Positions 39,361-48,955 of a stretch of DNA of 64,000 bases are shown piece after piece. The translations under genes were made by a program, and so were the position numbers. The stretch's first letter is position 1. Every line of letters starts with the position of its first letter. This DNA comes from Candidatus Cloacimonadales bacterium (GTDB taxonomy: Bacteria > Cloacimonadota > Cloacimonadia > Cloacimonadales > DAONDQ01). A model generated the notes under the pieces. The model was not told where the DNA came from and ran no database searches. It worked only from the letters and a program-made list of their open reading frames with translations. The stretch is taken from the NCBI GenBank assembly GCA_963662275.1, contig OY759316.1:640001-704000 (forward strand). The letters are read 5' to 3'.

Positions 39361-41220
39361 ATGAAATTTAACGAAATGCATCTACCCCCTGCCATTTTAA
39401 AAGCAGCAACCGACTTGAACTACGAAACACCCACACCTGTACAGCAGGAAGCCATTCCCTGGCTACTGGAAAATGATACCGATATGATAGCCCTTTCCCA
39501 AACTGGAACTGGTAAAACTGCTGCCTTTGGATTTCCAATATTAACTAAGACCGACAGCGATAGATTGGTTGTACAAACCCTTATCCTTTGCCCAACTCGC
39601 GAACTTTGTATGCAGATTACAAGAGATTTTGAAAGCTATGCGAAGTATCTGCCGGCTATCCGGATCTGTGCCGTATATGGCGGAGCATCCATCATTACCC
39701 AAAAAGATCAATTGCGTAGAGGTGTTCAAATTGTTGTTGGAACACCCGGACGAGTCTTTGATATGCTTCGTCAGAAAGTTCTGAAACTTGATAACGTGAA
39801 AACACTTATCCTGGATGAAGCTGATGAAATGCTAAATATGGGCTTCAAAGAAGAAATATTCAGTATTATGAGCCATACTCCTGATGAAAAGCAGACTGTT
39901 CTCTTTTCTGCTACTATGCCAAAGGATGTGATAGAATTAGCTAACACATTCATGGATAAGCCATTCCGTATCAGTGTTGGCAGTCAGGATCAAGGCGCAG
40001 ACAATATTGAACATTACTACTATAAAGTACAAGCCAAAGATAAATACAAAGCTCTCAAGCGAATCGTCGATATCAGCCCCAAGATATATGGGATTGTCTT
40101 TTGCCGGACTCGTAATGAGACACAGGAAATAGCCACAAAATTGCAAGCTGACGGTTACAATGCAGATGCACTTCATGGTGACCTATCCCAGGCACAGCGT
40201 GATTTGGTCATGAGTCGTTTTCGCAGCAAATATCTTCAGATATTAGTTGCTACGGATGTAGCTGCAAGAGGATTGGACGTGGATGATCTTACCCATATTA
40301 TCAACTATGAAGCACCGATGGAATCAGATATTTATATCCATCGTTCAGGAAGAACCGGACGTGCTGGGAAAAGCGGTGTTTCTGTCACAATCATCCATAG
40401 CAGGGAAATGAATCAACTGAAAGCGATGGAAAAAAGACTCGGCAGGGAAATCATTCTTGCTCATGTTCCCACCGGTAGAGATATTTGCGAAAAGCAACTC
40501 TATAATCTGATTGAAACGATGGAAAACATACAAGTGGATGATAAGCTAATCGATCCAATGATGGAGAATATCTATGAGAAACTTAGCACCTTAAGTCGTG
40601 AGGAGTTAATCAAGCGTTTCGTTTCAGTAGAATTCAATCGTTTCATAAACTACTATAAAGATGCCACTGATCTTGATCTGGCACCTGAATCTTTTTCTCA
40701 TAAAGACAAACAGAACATAGTTTTCTGTACTTTCAAACTGAATATCGGCTATCGTGAAAACCTTACCAAACGTGAATTGATCAAATTTATCAATCGTATG
40801 AGAATAGCACATGGTATTGAAATTGGCAATATCAGTATCGGTGCAGAGGATACAATTGTAGAGCTTGACTCGCATTATAGCCAACAACTTCTCAAAGAAA
40901 TGAATATCTCTAAGTATTATGGCACTCCTATTAAAGCGAATATTATGGATAAAAAAACAAGCAGCCCTGCAAGACAATACTCTGACAGGAAACCAAGTAA
41001 TCCAGAAAGACAATATTCGGATAAGAGATCTGATAATCCTGAACGAAAATATACTGAAAGAAAATCGGGCAAACCTGATGGACAATATTATGGAAGGAAA
41101 CCTGGCAATTCTGACAGACAATCGTCTGAAAGAAAACCAAATTCCTCTGAAAAACAAAATACAGAAAAGAAACAGAACAATCCTGATAGACCAAGAAAAA
41201 AGCCAGACCGTAATTCCTAA
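39361..41220 (+). CDS. DEAD-box RNA helicase with DbpA-type RNA-binding domain and repetitive basic tail
   Basis: TGTGKT, PTREL, DEAD, SAT, ARGLD and HRSGRTGRAG motifs. Confidence 0.95.
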   Translation: MKFNEMHLPPAILKAATDLNYETPTPVQQEAIPWLLENDTDMIALSQTGTGKTAAFGFPILTKTDSDRLVVQTLILCPTRELCMQITRDFESYAKYLPAIRICAVYGGASIITQKDQLRRGVQIVVGTPGRVFDMLRQKVLKLDNVKTLILDEADEMLNMGFKEEIFSIMSHTPDEKQTVLFSATMPKDVIELANTFMDKPFRISVGSQDQGADNIEHYYYKVQAKDKYKALKRIVDISPKIYGIVFCRTRNETQEIATKLQADGYNADALHGDLSQAQRDLVMSRFRSKYLQILVATDVAARGLDVDDLTHIINYEAPMESDIYIHRSGRTGRAGKSGVSVTIIHSREMNQLKAMEKRLGREIILAHVPTGRDICEKQLYNLIETMENIQVDDKLIDPMMENIYEKLSTLSREELIKRFVSVEFNRFINYYKDATDLDLAPESFSHKDKQNIVFCTFKLNIGYRENLTKRELIKFINRMRIAHGIEIGNISIGAEDTIVELDSHYSQQLLKEMNISKYYGTPIKANIMDKKTSSPARQYSDRKPSNPERQYSDKRSDNPERKYTERKSGKPDGQYYGRKPGNSDRQSSERKPNSSEKQNTEKKQNNPDRPRKKPDRNS

Positions 41221-41223
41221 TTT

Positions 41224-41258
41224 ACTGTAGAGACGCCCAACTTGGGCGTCTCTACAGT
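41224..41258. repeat. GTAG-REP perfect palindrome, likely also acting as terminator
   Basis: actgtagagacgcccaa-c-ttgggcgtctctacagt. Confidence 0.8.
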
Positions 41259-41425
41259 TAATGCAGTATTTCGCCATTTGTAAAGACACCCATATAAACT
41301 CCTATATGAAGATTATCTATTTTATCTTGTTTATTAAACTTATTTTCATACAAACAGATAATTTATAATTTGGCTAAAGTGTGTATTATGCTATCATATT
41401 ATTAGCAAAAAATACTGGAGGTAGT

Positions 41426-44400
41426 ATGAAGCTTATTAGTTTACTCTCTTTTATTTGCATATTGTTCTTAAATGCAAATCTTTTTGCACTTCCTGGACAA
41501 GTAACAAAACCTATCTGGAATATTGAAACAGATGTCGTAAGCTGGACTGCAGTTAGTGGAGCTTTAGATTACTCTGCTCAATTGTATAAAAACGGTTCTG
41601 CTTTCGGTGCAGAAGTAACTGGCATTGCAAGTCTAACTTATGATTTCCATGCAACTCTTCTTGCAGATGGCACACCCTCAAGCAACAACAATAAGTACAC
41701 AGTTAAAGTAAGAGCTCGAGATAATAGCGGTTACGGAGCTTATTCTGTGTTATCGCTGAATAACGTGAAAGGACTCTCAAGTATCATAGTGAAAGGGCTG
41801 AATGGAGATGACAATAATGACGGTTATCCCATTTGGAATACAGGGAACTTGCACACTGCATTTTCCTTCTCTCCGGCAACATTAACTTATACTGCCACTC
41901 TCAGGCATGAATTACGCGGTCTTTTTATTTATTTTCCTAATCATTCAGTTGCCAATACAAATAATCCAGTTGAAATTACCAATACTTTTAATTTGAGTAC
42001 AGTCGTTTTATCAACCCGAACCCTCTCCGATTCTGCTTATACAGACCTGGAAATGGCAAGACATGCCAGTACGGATGAAAAGAATGTTATCACCATCGTC
42101 GTAAATAAAAACAATACAGGTTTCGAAAGAACCTACACTTTGAATTTCCGACGCAGAATGGGTTGCGCTGTTGGATCAATGGCTCAGTTACTGCCTGCTT
42201 CAACGGCAAGTCCATTGTATAGCATCACTGGAAATACGCAATACAGTTCCGCCTTGACAGGTAGTAACGTATCCTTTACTCCTGGAACTGATACCCCCTC
42301 ACTTGTAAATGGTGACACTACTCCCACATACACAGCACTTAACTGGTATGTCCAGGCAGAAACAGGAACTGCATATTTCGATACCAATGGTCTTTTGCAT
42401 CCTTTGAGCAATGGAACATTTAAAGTGAGAGCCAAAACTACAGACGGAACCAATCTGAATAGAGTTTCAAAATACAGCTACAATATTACTGGTATGTCTG
42501 GTTGGCCTGCACATTTAGGCAAATTGGTTATTTGCGATGCTAATATATTGACTGATACGTTGACTATCAACCCCGCATTCAAAGCTGACCTGCCAAATAG
42601 TACCATTTTTAGTGTTACTGTAGCAGCAGGGACTAGCAGTATTTGTGTTTCATCCATGGTACCTACAGATTGTTCTTTCTCCATAAATAACGATTTAGTA
42701 GCAAATAACAGTGATGTCGTGATTAAGCTAAAAAAAGGCATCAATACTTTAAATCTCAGAGTAATCAAAAATTCAGGAACGGCAAGATATTATACGCTGG
42801 TAGTAACAAGAGAAGCTAATGCCAGGCTTCAATATGGAATACAGACAGTGTCTAATAGCTATCCCTATCTTTCTGCTCCGAATGGAACACAATTTGGCTT
42901 GGATACAGCAACGCACAAGGATAGAATGACTGTTGAAGCCTGGGTAAAATGGTCAGTTACTCCCCCAAGTGATGCGATATATCAATGGGCAAATATCGTT
43001 ACAATTGACAGAGCATACCAAAGTGATATAGGTCAGTTCTGGCTACAGCATGATGTAACGAATACTAAATTTGAATTTGCTCTAAGAACTACAACAGGTA
43101 GGAATTTTGTTCAGTCACGTACACAACCACTGAAAGATACATGGTATCATATTGCTGGTGTTTACACAGGCAGTTACATCAAACTTTTTGTGAATGGTGT
43201 TGAAGAAGCGAGTGCATCTCGTACTGGGGATATCAATCCTATCACTAACGTTGCTCCGAATCCTGATCGTCTTTGGATTGGACGCAGTCCGAGCACTGGA
43301 ACAAATAACCCGGGAACTCGTATTTTTGTAGGCAATATCCGTGGTGTTGCTCTTTGGATGGGGCAGTATAAAGATACCGGACAGATTGCTGATGACTACA
43401 TGGATGGAGTTACGAATGAAACAAATGTTCCTGATGAAGCTCCTTTACCGAATTTTTTCTGGCTGTTGAATGAAACATCAGGATCCAGTGGAACTTCTGT
43501 TTTGCCGACTTTTGGGGCAGTTAATCTGACAATGCAGAGTTTAACAAATGCAGCATTCACAAATGGTGGATCACTGAACGATAATAATGGTTCTATCTTT
43601 TTGTATAGACCAATAAGAATGGATTTGCGCAATGTCGATACATCCCAGTCTGCTATTTTAGTTGATGCCGGTGGCTATGACAGCAATGCTAAGTATATCC
43701 TTCCAAGCTCTTTAACGAGTCCCACTTATTATAAAGTCTGGAATCATATTACGGGAACATATCAACAACCTACTTCTATTGATGCCAGTAATGGTGTGCC
43801 ATTTTATCATAATCCATCGACAACAGCAGGCAGATTCTGGATACCCATAATTCCGGGTGGGAACTCGACTGTTGATGCAACTTTTGTTGATGCATTAACA
43901 GCAAATTATGCAGCTTATCACACACAAATACCCTGCAGTACTCCTACAGCAATGATAGCGGGAAATACATTCGATATTACAGGTTACATCATAGGTAATA
44001 CTCGATATCCTACTACAAATAAATATGTGGTATTGGGGTATAATCAGACAGTTGATGGTAATCTGATTTCTGCAACTTCAACAGATATTGCTACAAATAG
44101 AGCTCAATTCAAATTGGCATCTGATCAAGTAATAAAGCGGATTGAAATTCGTACTTTGGACGACATTCCAATTAAGAATATCATGAATAGTTCCGGATGG
44201 TCTACCAACATTACGTTGGACGATCAAACACTGCCCGTGGAACTTACATCCTTTACAGCAGTAATCACAGCACAGAATTATGTTACGTTGGATTGGACAA
44301 CACAATCAGAAACAGGAGTTCTAGGCTATCGAGTTTATCGTAATACAAGTGGAAATTTCGATAGCGCAACTATGGTAAGTCCTCTCATTGAAGCCACCAA

Positions 44401-44848
44401 TACGTCACAGACAACCACTTATAGCTTTACTGATAATGAAATCACCGAAGATGGAACTTATTATTATTGGCTTCAGAACCAAGATATCGATGGTGAATTT
44501 GCTGTACATGGTCCCATATCCGTTATAGTACAGATCTCTACTCCTCCAGATATTCAACCAGTGATTCCTATCTTGACAAAACTGAATAATCCGTATCCAA
44601 ACCCATTCAATCCTGATATTACCATTGCTTATGACTTGGCAAAAGCAGAACATGTCCAAATTATGGTTTTCAACATGAAAGGACAAAAGATTTGTACTTT
44701 GCTGGATACCGATAAAGACGCAGGGCAAGCGAGAATAACCTGGAACGGGAAAAATGACAATGGAAATAGCTTAGCTTCAGGTATTTATTATGTACATATG
44801 ACGGCTGGAAAATATCAGGCTACTCAGAAAGTAGTATTGCTGAAATAG
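41426..44848 (+). CDS. Large secreted protein: cadherin/Ig-like beta-sandwiches, LamG/concanavalin-like domain, C-terminal T9SS-like/FlgD sorting domain
   Basis: GGAGG RBS and signal peptide at 41426; MTVEAWVK..WYHIAGVY..LFVNG; LPVELTSFTA; PYPNPFNP...LASGIY..QKVVLLK. Confidence 0.85.
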   Translation: MKLISLLSFICILFLNANLFALPGQVTKPIWNIETDVVSWTAVSGALDYSAQLYKNGSAFGAEVTGIASLTYDFHATLLADGTPSSNNNKYTVKVRARDNSGYGAYSVLSLNNVKGLSSIIVKGLNGDDNNDGYPIWNTGNLHTAFSFSPATLTYTATLRHELRGLFIYFPNHSVANTNNPVEITNTFNLSTVVLSTRTLSDSAYTDLEMARHASTDEKNVITIVVNKNNTGFERTYTLNFRRRMGCAVGSMAQLLPASTASPLYSITGNTQYSSALTGSNVSFTPGTDTPSLVNGDTTPTYTALNWYVQAETGTAYFDTNGLLHPLSNGTFKVRAKTTDGTNLNRVSKYSYNITGMSGWPAHLGKLVICDANILTDTLTINPAFKADLPNSTIFSVTVAAGTSSICVSSMVPTDCSFSINNDLVANNSDVVIKLKKGINTLNLRVIKNSGTARYYTLVVTREANARLQYGIQTVSNSYPYLSAPNGTQFGLDTATHKDRMTVEAWVKWSVTPPSDAIYQWANIVTIDRAYQSDIGQFWLQHDVTNTKFEFALRTTTGRNFVQSRTQPLKDTWYHIAGVYTGSYIKLFVNGVEEASASRTGDINPITNVAPNPDRLWIGRSPSTGTNNPGTRIFVGNIRGVALWMGQYKDTGQIADDYMDGVTNETNVPDEAPLPNFFWLLNETSGSSGTSVLPTFGAVNLTMQSLTNAAFTNGGSLNDNNGSIFLYRPIRMDLRNVDTSQSAILVDAGGYDSNAKYILPSSLTSPTYYKVWNHITGTYQQPTSIDASNGVPFYHNPSTTAGRFWIPIIPGGNSTVDATFVDALTANYAAYHTQIPCSTPTAMIAGNTFDITGYIIGNTRYPTTNKYVVLGYNQTVDGNLISATSTDIATNRAQFKLASDQVIKRIEIRTLDDIPIKNIMNSSGWSTNITLDDQTLPVELTSFTAVITAQNYVTLDWTTQSETGVLGYRVYRNTSGNFDSATMVSPLIEATNTSQTTTYSFTDNEITEDGTYYYWLQNQDIDGEFAVHGPISVIVQISTPPDIQPVIPILTKLNNPYPNPFNPDITIAYDLAKAEHVQIMVFNMKGQKICTLLDTDKDAGQARITWNGKNDNGNSLASGIYYVHMTAGKYQATQKVVLLK

Positions 44849-44863
44849 ATAATCAATTCTCAT

Positions 44864-44899
44864 AAGATGCTATCTGATTCCAGATAGCATCTTTTTTTT
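44864..44899 (+). terminator. Intrinsic terminator
   Basis: aagatgctatctg-attc-cagatagcatctt followed by a T run. Confidence 0.75.
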
Positions 44900-44942
44900 G
44901 TATTTGATAAAAAAAAGACCGCTTTCGCGGTCTCATAAACAA

Positions 44943-45018
44943 TGGTGGAGCATAGCAGGATCGAACTGCTGACCTCTTGACTGCCAGTCAAGCGCTCTCC
45001 CAGCTGAGCTAATGCCCC
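44943..45018 (-). tRNA. tRNA-Ala(GGC)
   Basis: GGGGCATTAGCTCAGCTGGGAGAGCGCTTGACTGGCAGTCAAGAGGTCAGCAGTTCGATCCTGCTATGCTCCACCA: 76 nt, G3:U70 pair, encoded CCA. Confidence 0.97.
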
Positions 45019-45076
45019 ACAGATAGGGGTAAATTCGAAGGGAGAGGTGAAGATGTCAAGGAGATTTTCGACACGT

Positions 45077-48000
45077 TTATTTTCGAGAACTAATTTCTTG
45101 TAAAGTTTCCTCTATCAGCTTGTCTGTCAACTCCATGAAACCCTTAGCAGAACAAGAAGTAAAGAGTTCCATAGCTTTGTGTAACTTGGGTATAGCATCG
45201 GAGAATTTGTCTTGTACAAAATCCAGTAAGGCATAGTTGTAGTAGAAGCGTCCCAAACCATCAATATCACCTGTTTCTTCCAATAATGGTACTTGTTTCA
45301 GATAATAGGATTCCGCAAGGGCATAGTCTTCCTCTGATTTCGCCACATTTGCCAGGTTTCCATAAGTATGGGCAATGGCTTCATTGTCCTTCAGCTTTTG
45401 CTGCAGTTCAAGGTTCATAAGATAGATTTCCTTTGCCTTGGCATTATTGCCTGTTTGATAATATACATCACCTATGGCGTCATAAGCATAGGAAACACCA
45501 GTTGAATCTCCAATGAGCTGAGACATTTCCAGAGACTGCTGGAAGTAAGTGAGAGCTATATCTTTTTTTTCTAAGTAATAATAGGCTTCCCCAATATTAT
45601 ACAGCGTTGTCTCTTCCTGCTGCCGGTTACCAGTTAGCTTTGTAAAGATCAGGCTTTTTTCATAACAGGCAATCGCTTTATTAAATTTGGCTTCATTCCG
45701 ATAGATTGTTCCCATATCCATAATCACCTTACTATATCCGTTCCTATCCCCTGTTTTCTCTGCCAGACGTAAGGCACGTCTGTAGAAGGACATGCATTTC
45801 TGTCTTTCTCCTTTTCGAAAATGAATGATACCAAAACTGCTGAGTGCCGTTCGTTTAGCTATATTGTCCTTTATTTTTAATCCTGAGCGATATACTGTTT
45901 CGTAGTACTGTATGGCATCCTGGTATCGGGATTGGTTGAGATAGTATTGTCCTATCACTGACCCAAGCCTAACCAAATTATGATGATCCTGTTCTGTAAC
46001 AAATTCCTCGTACATATGAAGTGCCCTTTCTTCGAATTGCTCTGCAAAATTCATGGATTGGAGAGCATCCAGGTAAACAAATTCAAACCAATTAGCATAG
46101 GGCTGGGTAGTGATCTTTACTGTCATCGACTCAACGAATTGCTTGAGTTCTATATAGTTTGCCTGGATATCCAAAATCTTGGCACGCAGGTAAATCCATT
46201 TATCCCTTGTCTGATCTGATAATTCAGTAGTAGAATCAATAGTTTCAAATTGTGTCACAGCTTCGTTCGTATTACCTTTAAAAAGAAGGCATTCTACAAG
46301 GGCTAGGCGTAGTTCAGTCTGTGTTTGGATATCCTGTGTGACTTTGAGTGCCATTTCATAAAAGTAGATACTTTCTCCAAAATTACTCAGACTGAAGTTC
46401 TTTTCTGCAGCCAAACGACAATATTCACAAGTCTTCTCAATCTCTTCAGCTAATTGATTATGACTGGCGAGAAGTTCATAATAGGGATAGAGATCAGCAG
46501 CATATTTTTGTTCATAAAAAGCAGCAATTCTACCATGTAATGAACGTTTCTCGCTCATCAGGATAATGCGGTAAATGGCGTCGCGCATAAGATGATTACT
46601 GAAAGCATATTCCACTTTGGGATCAAAGGATTTCTGATCGATGATACGGTCGGAACTTAAGTGATTCAGGATGGCATATATTTCCTGATGAAGTATTTGC
46701 TGGTTAATAATGATATAATCATCGAGAGTAAAAGCCTTCCCGATAATTGATGCGATTTTTAGAACTTCCTGAGCTTCCTGATCCAAAGATTCAAACTGAT
46801 TCACAAACAAATTCTCTATGGTCTGTGGAATCAATCCCTGCCGTTCAAGGGAAAGAAGTGCATCTTCTGTCAATAAATCCTGTTTGTAGTTGAAATGTTG
46901 CTTAATCACTTTACACATTTCTACAACAAATAACGGATTACCCTGTGTGATTTTGAATAGATGAGCAATAGCATCCTGGCTCACATTGGGAAGATTCGCC
47001 TGGATCATGGCTCCCACACCACGCTGGCTCAAGTTCTTTAGTTCAAGAAGAAAATGACGATAATTGTTTAGAAATTCAAGATTTTCATTGAAACGGGTCG
47101 TAACTGTAACGCAGCAATTGTCTGCCAGAATGAGTGGTATCAGCTTCAGCAAAATAGCTTTCGAACTGCCATCAATCCAATGCATATTATCAATTAAAAG
47201 AAGATCGACACCTTTCAGTGTTTCAGCAAGGAGTTGTGCCATATTGGCGAAGAGAAGCTGAGTTTCCTTTAGGAGACTTTCATCAGGATTATCATGAACC
47301 TGTTTGGAAGCAGAGAGATATCTCTGTAGCAGATGAAAGTCAATAGCAAGTCCTTTTACCTTACAATAGCTTTCCAACTGGGAATATTCCTTTGCCAGGT
47401 TCGTTAGAAATAACCGTCTTTGTAAAATCTTGAAAAACAACTGCATTTGACCGTTTTGATCAAATTCATCAAGAACAATCAATTCAATGCATTTTCCTGC
47501 TTCATTGAAATGGTCCATGATTCGATATGAGAGGAAAGATTTTCCGGCACCAGGATCACCTGAAAGAGCAGCTATTTCCAGTTTTTTTTGTTCAAAACCA
47601 TGGAGAATAGTGTCTACTTCCTTTTCATAAGCAACCAGTCTTTGTTCTTTAAATTGATGGTTAAACGCCACCCAGTTCTCTGGTAATTCTCGTAGAAGTT
47701 TGTAAATCCGGATGGGAATTTTAATCCCTTTCACTGTCGATGTTTTTAGAAATAGCGTTTCGAAACGGGAGACTATTTTCGGTAGGATTTCTTCTGAAAA
47801 AGCGATTTCACCATATTCGACAGTAGACATTAGGCGCACAGCAGTATTGACAGCATCACCAATTATTCCGTATTCATAACGCAGATCACTCCCTAAAATA
47901 CCTGCGTAGATATTACTATAAGTAATACCTATCCTAAGCTGAATGGCATCATTATGGATTTGAAGAATACGATAACTGCAAATAAAAGCACGTTCGATAT

Positions 48001-48898
48001 CATCGAAATGAATTAGTGGAATACCAAAATTTAATATAATCAGATATCCTTTATCAGTGAAATCGATCTTATTGATCGTACCATCCAACTCATAGACACA
48101 ACGCTGTAGTTCACGATAGAACATATGATATGCATCTACGGGAATAGTACTATCATCATTTTTCGGTTTCAGCCCGATAAAGATTACAGCAGCATTTCTT
48201 AACTCAGCTTGAGATGACTGAGCTTTCAGTTTTGTTTGCACAGATTTAGGAAGAAAATATTCTCCAATATGTAAATTGACATGCGATACCTCTTGTTCAG
48301 CGATAACAATTGGAGTCATATCAGAAGAGTGTGATTTGAAATTCTCTGGAAACAATATTTGTCCGGCAATTGCCTTCTCACCCAGGAGAAACGATTCTTG
48401 CAAAGAATCTCCTGTAAAGTAATAATCAAGATGGAAAGCAGGATCACCAACAATGCAGGCATTAATTGCACCATAGGATACCCCACCATGAAAAGAAATT
48501 GTAAAGCCATAATTCTGTTGGAAAGTAGGATTTATTCTGTCTAAGGCAATAAGCATATCTTTTACGCAAGAATCAATTTGCGAAAGTACAGCATCACGTT
48601 TTCCACAAAATATTGCTACAATCGAATCACCACCAAATTTAATGACATCTCCTCCGAACATAGTGATACAATTTACCATTTCATTAAAATAGGTATGCAG
48701 AACTTCGGTGATGATCTCAACTCCATAATGCCCTTTTGAACTGACCTTTTCTGTAATCTTAGTAAAAGAACTTACATCAGTGAAAATAATACCCATTTCT
48801 TCTGTACGTACAATGGGATATTGAGATGAACGTGATAATTGAATACCTTTGACCATATCCACGATGTAATTCGGAAGCAAAGAAACTTGGTGCGGCAT
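45077..48898 (-). CDS. Tandem class III cyclase domains + P-loop (STAND-like) ATPase + TPR repeats
   Basis: FTDVSSFT/KFGGD, INKIDFTDKG/GDAVNTAVRL, GDPGAGKS, DNMHWID, GNPLF, and C-terminal TPRs. Confidence 0.9.
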   Translation of the reverse strand: MPHQVSLLPNYIVDMVKGIQLSRSSQYPIVRTEEMGIIFTDVSSFTKITEKVSSKGHYGVEIITEVLHTYFNEMVNCITMFGGDVIKFGGDSIVAIFCGKRDAVLSQIDSCVKDMLIALDRINPTFQQNYGFTISFHGGVSYGAINACIVGDPAFHLDYYFTGDSLQESFLLGEKAIAGQILFPENFKSHSSDMTPIVIAEQEVSHVNLHIGEYFLPKSVQTKLKAQSSQAELRNAAVIFIGLKPKNDDSTIPVDAYHMFYRELQRCVYELDGTINKIDFTDKGYLIILNFGIPLIHFDDIERAFICSYRILQIHNDAIQLRIGITYSNIYAGILGSDLRYEYGIIGDAVNTAVRLMSTVEYGEIAFSEEILPKIVSRFETLFLKTSTVKGIKIPIRIYKLLRELPENWVAFNHQFKEQRLVAYEKEVDTILHGFEQKKLEIAALSGDPGAGKSFLSYRIMDHFNEAGKCIELIVLDEFDQNGQMQLFFKILQRRLFLTNLAKEYSQLESYCKVKGLAIDFHLLQRYLSASKQVHDNPDESLLKETQLLFANMAQLLAETLKGVDLLLIDNMHWIDGSSKAILLKLIPLILADNCCVTVTTRFNENLEFLNNYRHFLLELKNLSQRGVGAMIQANLPNVSQDAIAHLFKITQGNPLFVVEMCKVIKQHFNYKQDLLTEDALLSLERQGLIPQTIENLFVNQFESLDQEAQEVLKIASIIGKAFTLDDYIIINQQILHQEIYAILNHLSSDRIIDQKSFDPKVEYAFSNHLMRDAIYRIILMSEKRSLHGRIAAFYEQKYAADLYPYYELLASHNQLAEEIEKTCEYCRLAAEKNFSLSNFGESIYFYEMALKVTQDIQTQTELRLALVECLLFKGNTNEAVTQFETIDSTTELSDQTRDKWIYLRAKILDIQANYIELKQFVESMTVKITTQPYANWFEFVYLDALQSMNFAEQFEERALHMYEEFVTEQDHHNLVRLGSVIGQYYLNQSRYQDAIQYYETVYRSGLKIKDNIAKRTALSSFGIIHFRKGERQKCMSFYRRALRLAEKTGDRNGYSKVIMDMGTIYRNEAKFNKAIACYEKSLIFTKLTGNRQQEETTLYNIGEAYYYLEKKDIALTYFQQSLEMSQLIGDSTGVSYAYDAIGDVYYQTGNNAKAKEIYLMNLELQQKLKDNEAIAHTYGNLANVAKSEEDYALAESYYLKQVPLLEETGDIDGLGRFYYNYALLDFVQDKFSDAIPKLHKAMELFTSCSAKGFMELTDKLIEETLQEISSRK

Positions 48899-48920
48899 GA
48901 TTTTTCCTTATAAGCAAGAT

Positions 48921-48944
48921 AAAGGGCGACCTGAGTCGCCCTTT
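48921..48944 (-). terminator. Hairpin after the giant surface-protein gene
   Basis: aaagggcgac-ctga-gtcgcccttt. Confidence 0.6.
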
Positions 48945-48955
48945 TATCGGTTATT

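Noticed and set aside
40624..41289. 221-aa antisense ORF
   Set aside because: Shadow of the repetitive helicase tail; no recognisable features
44943..45018. tRNA as an integration site for an island
   Set aside because: No duplicated tRNA 3' end or integrase seen nearby
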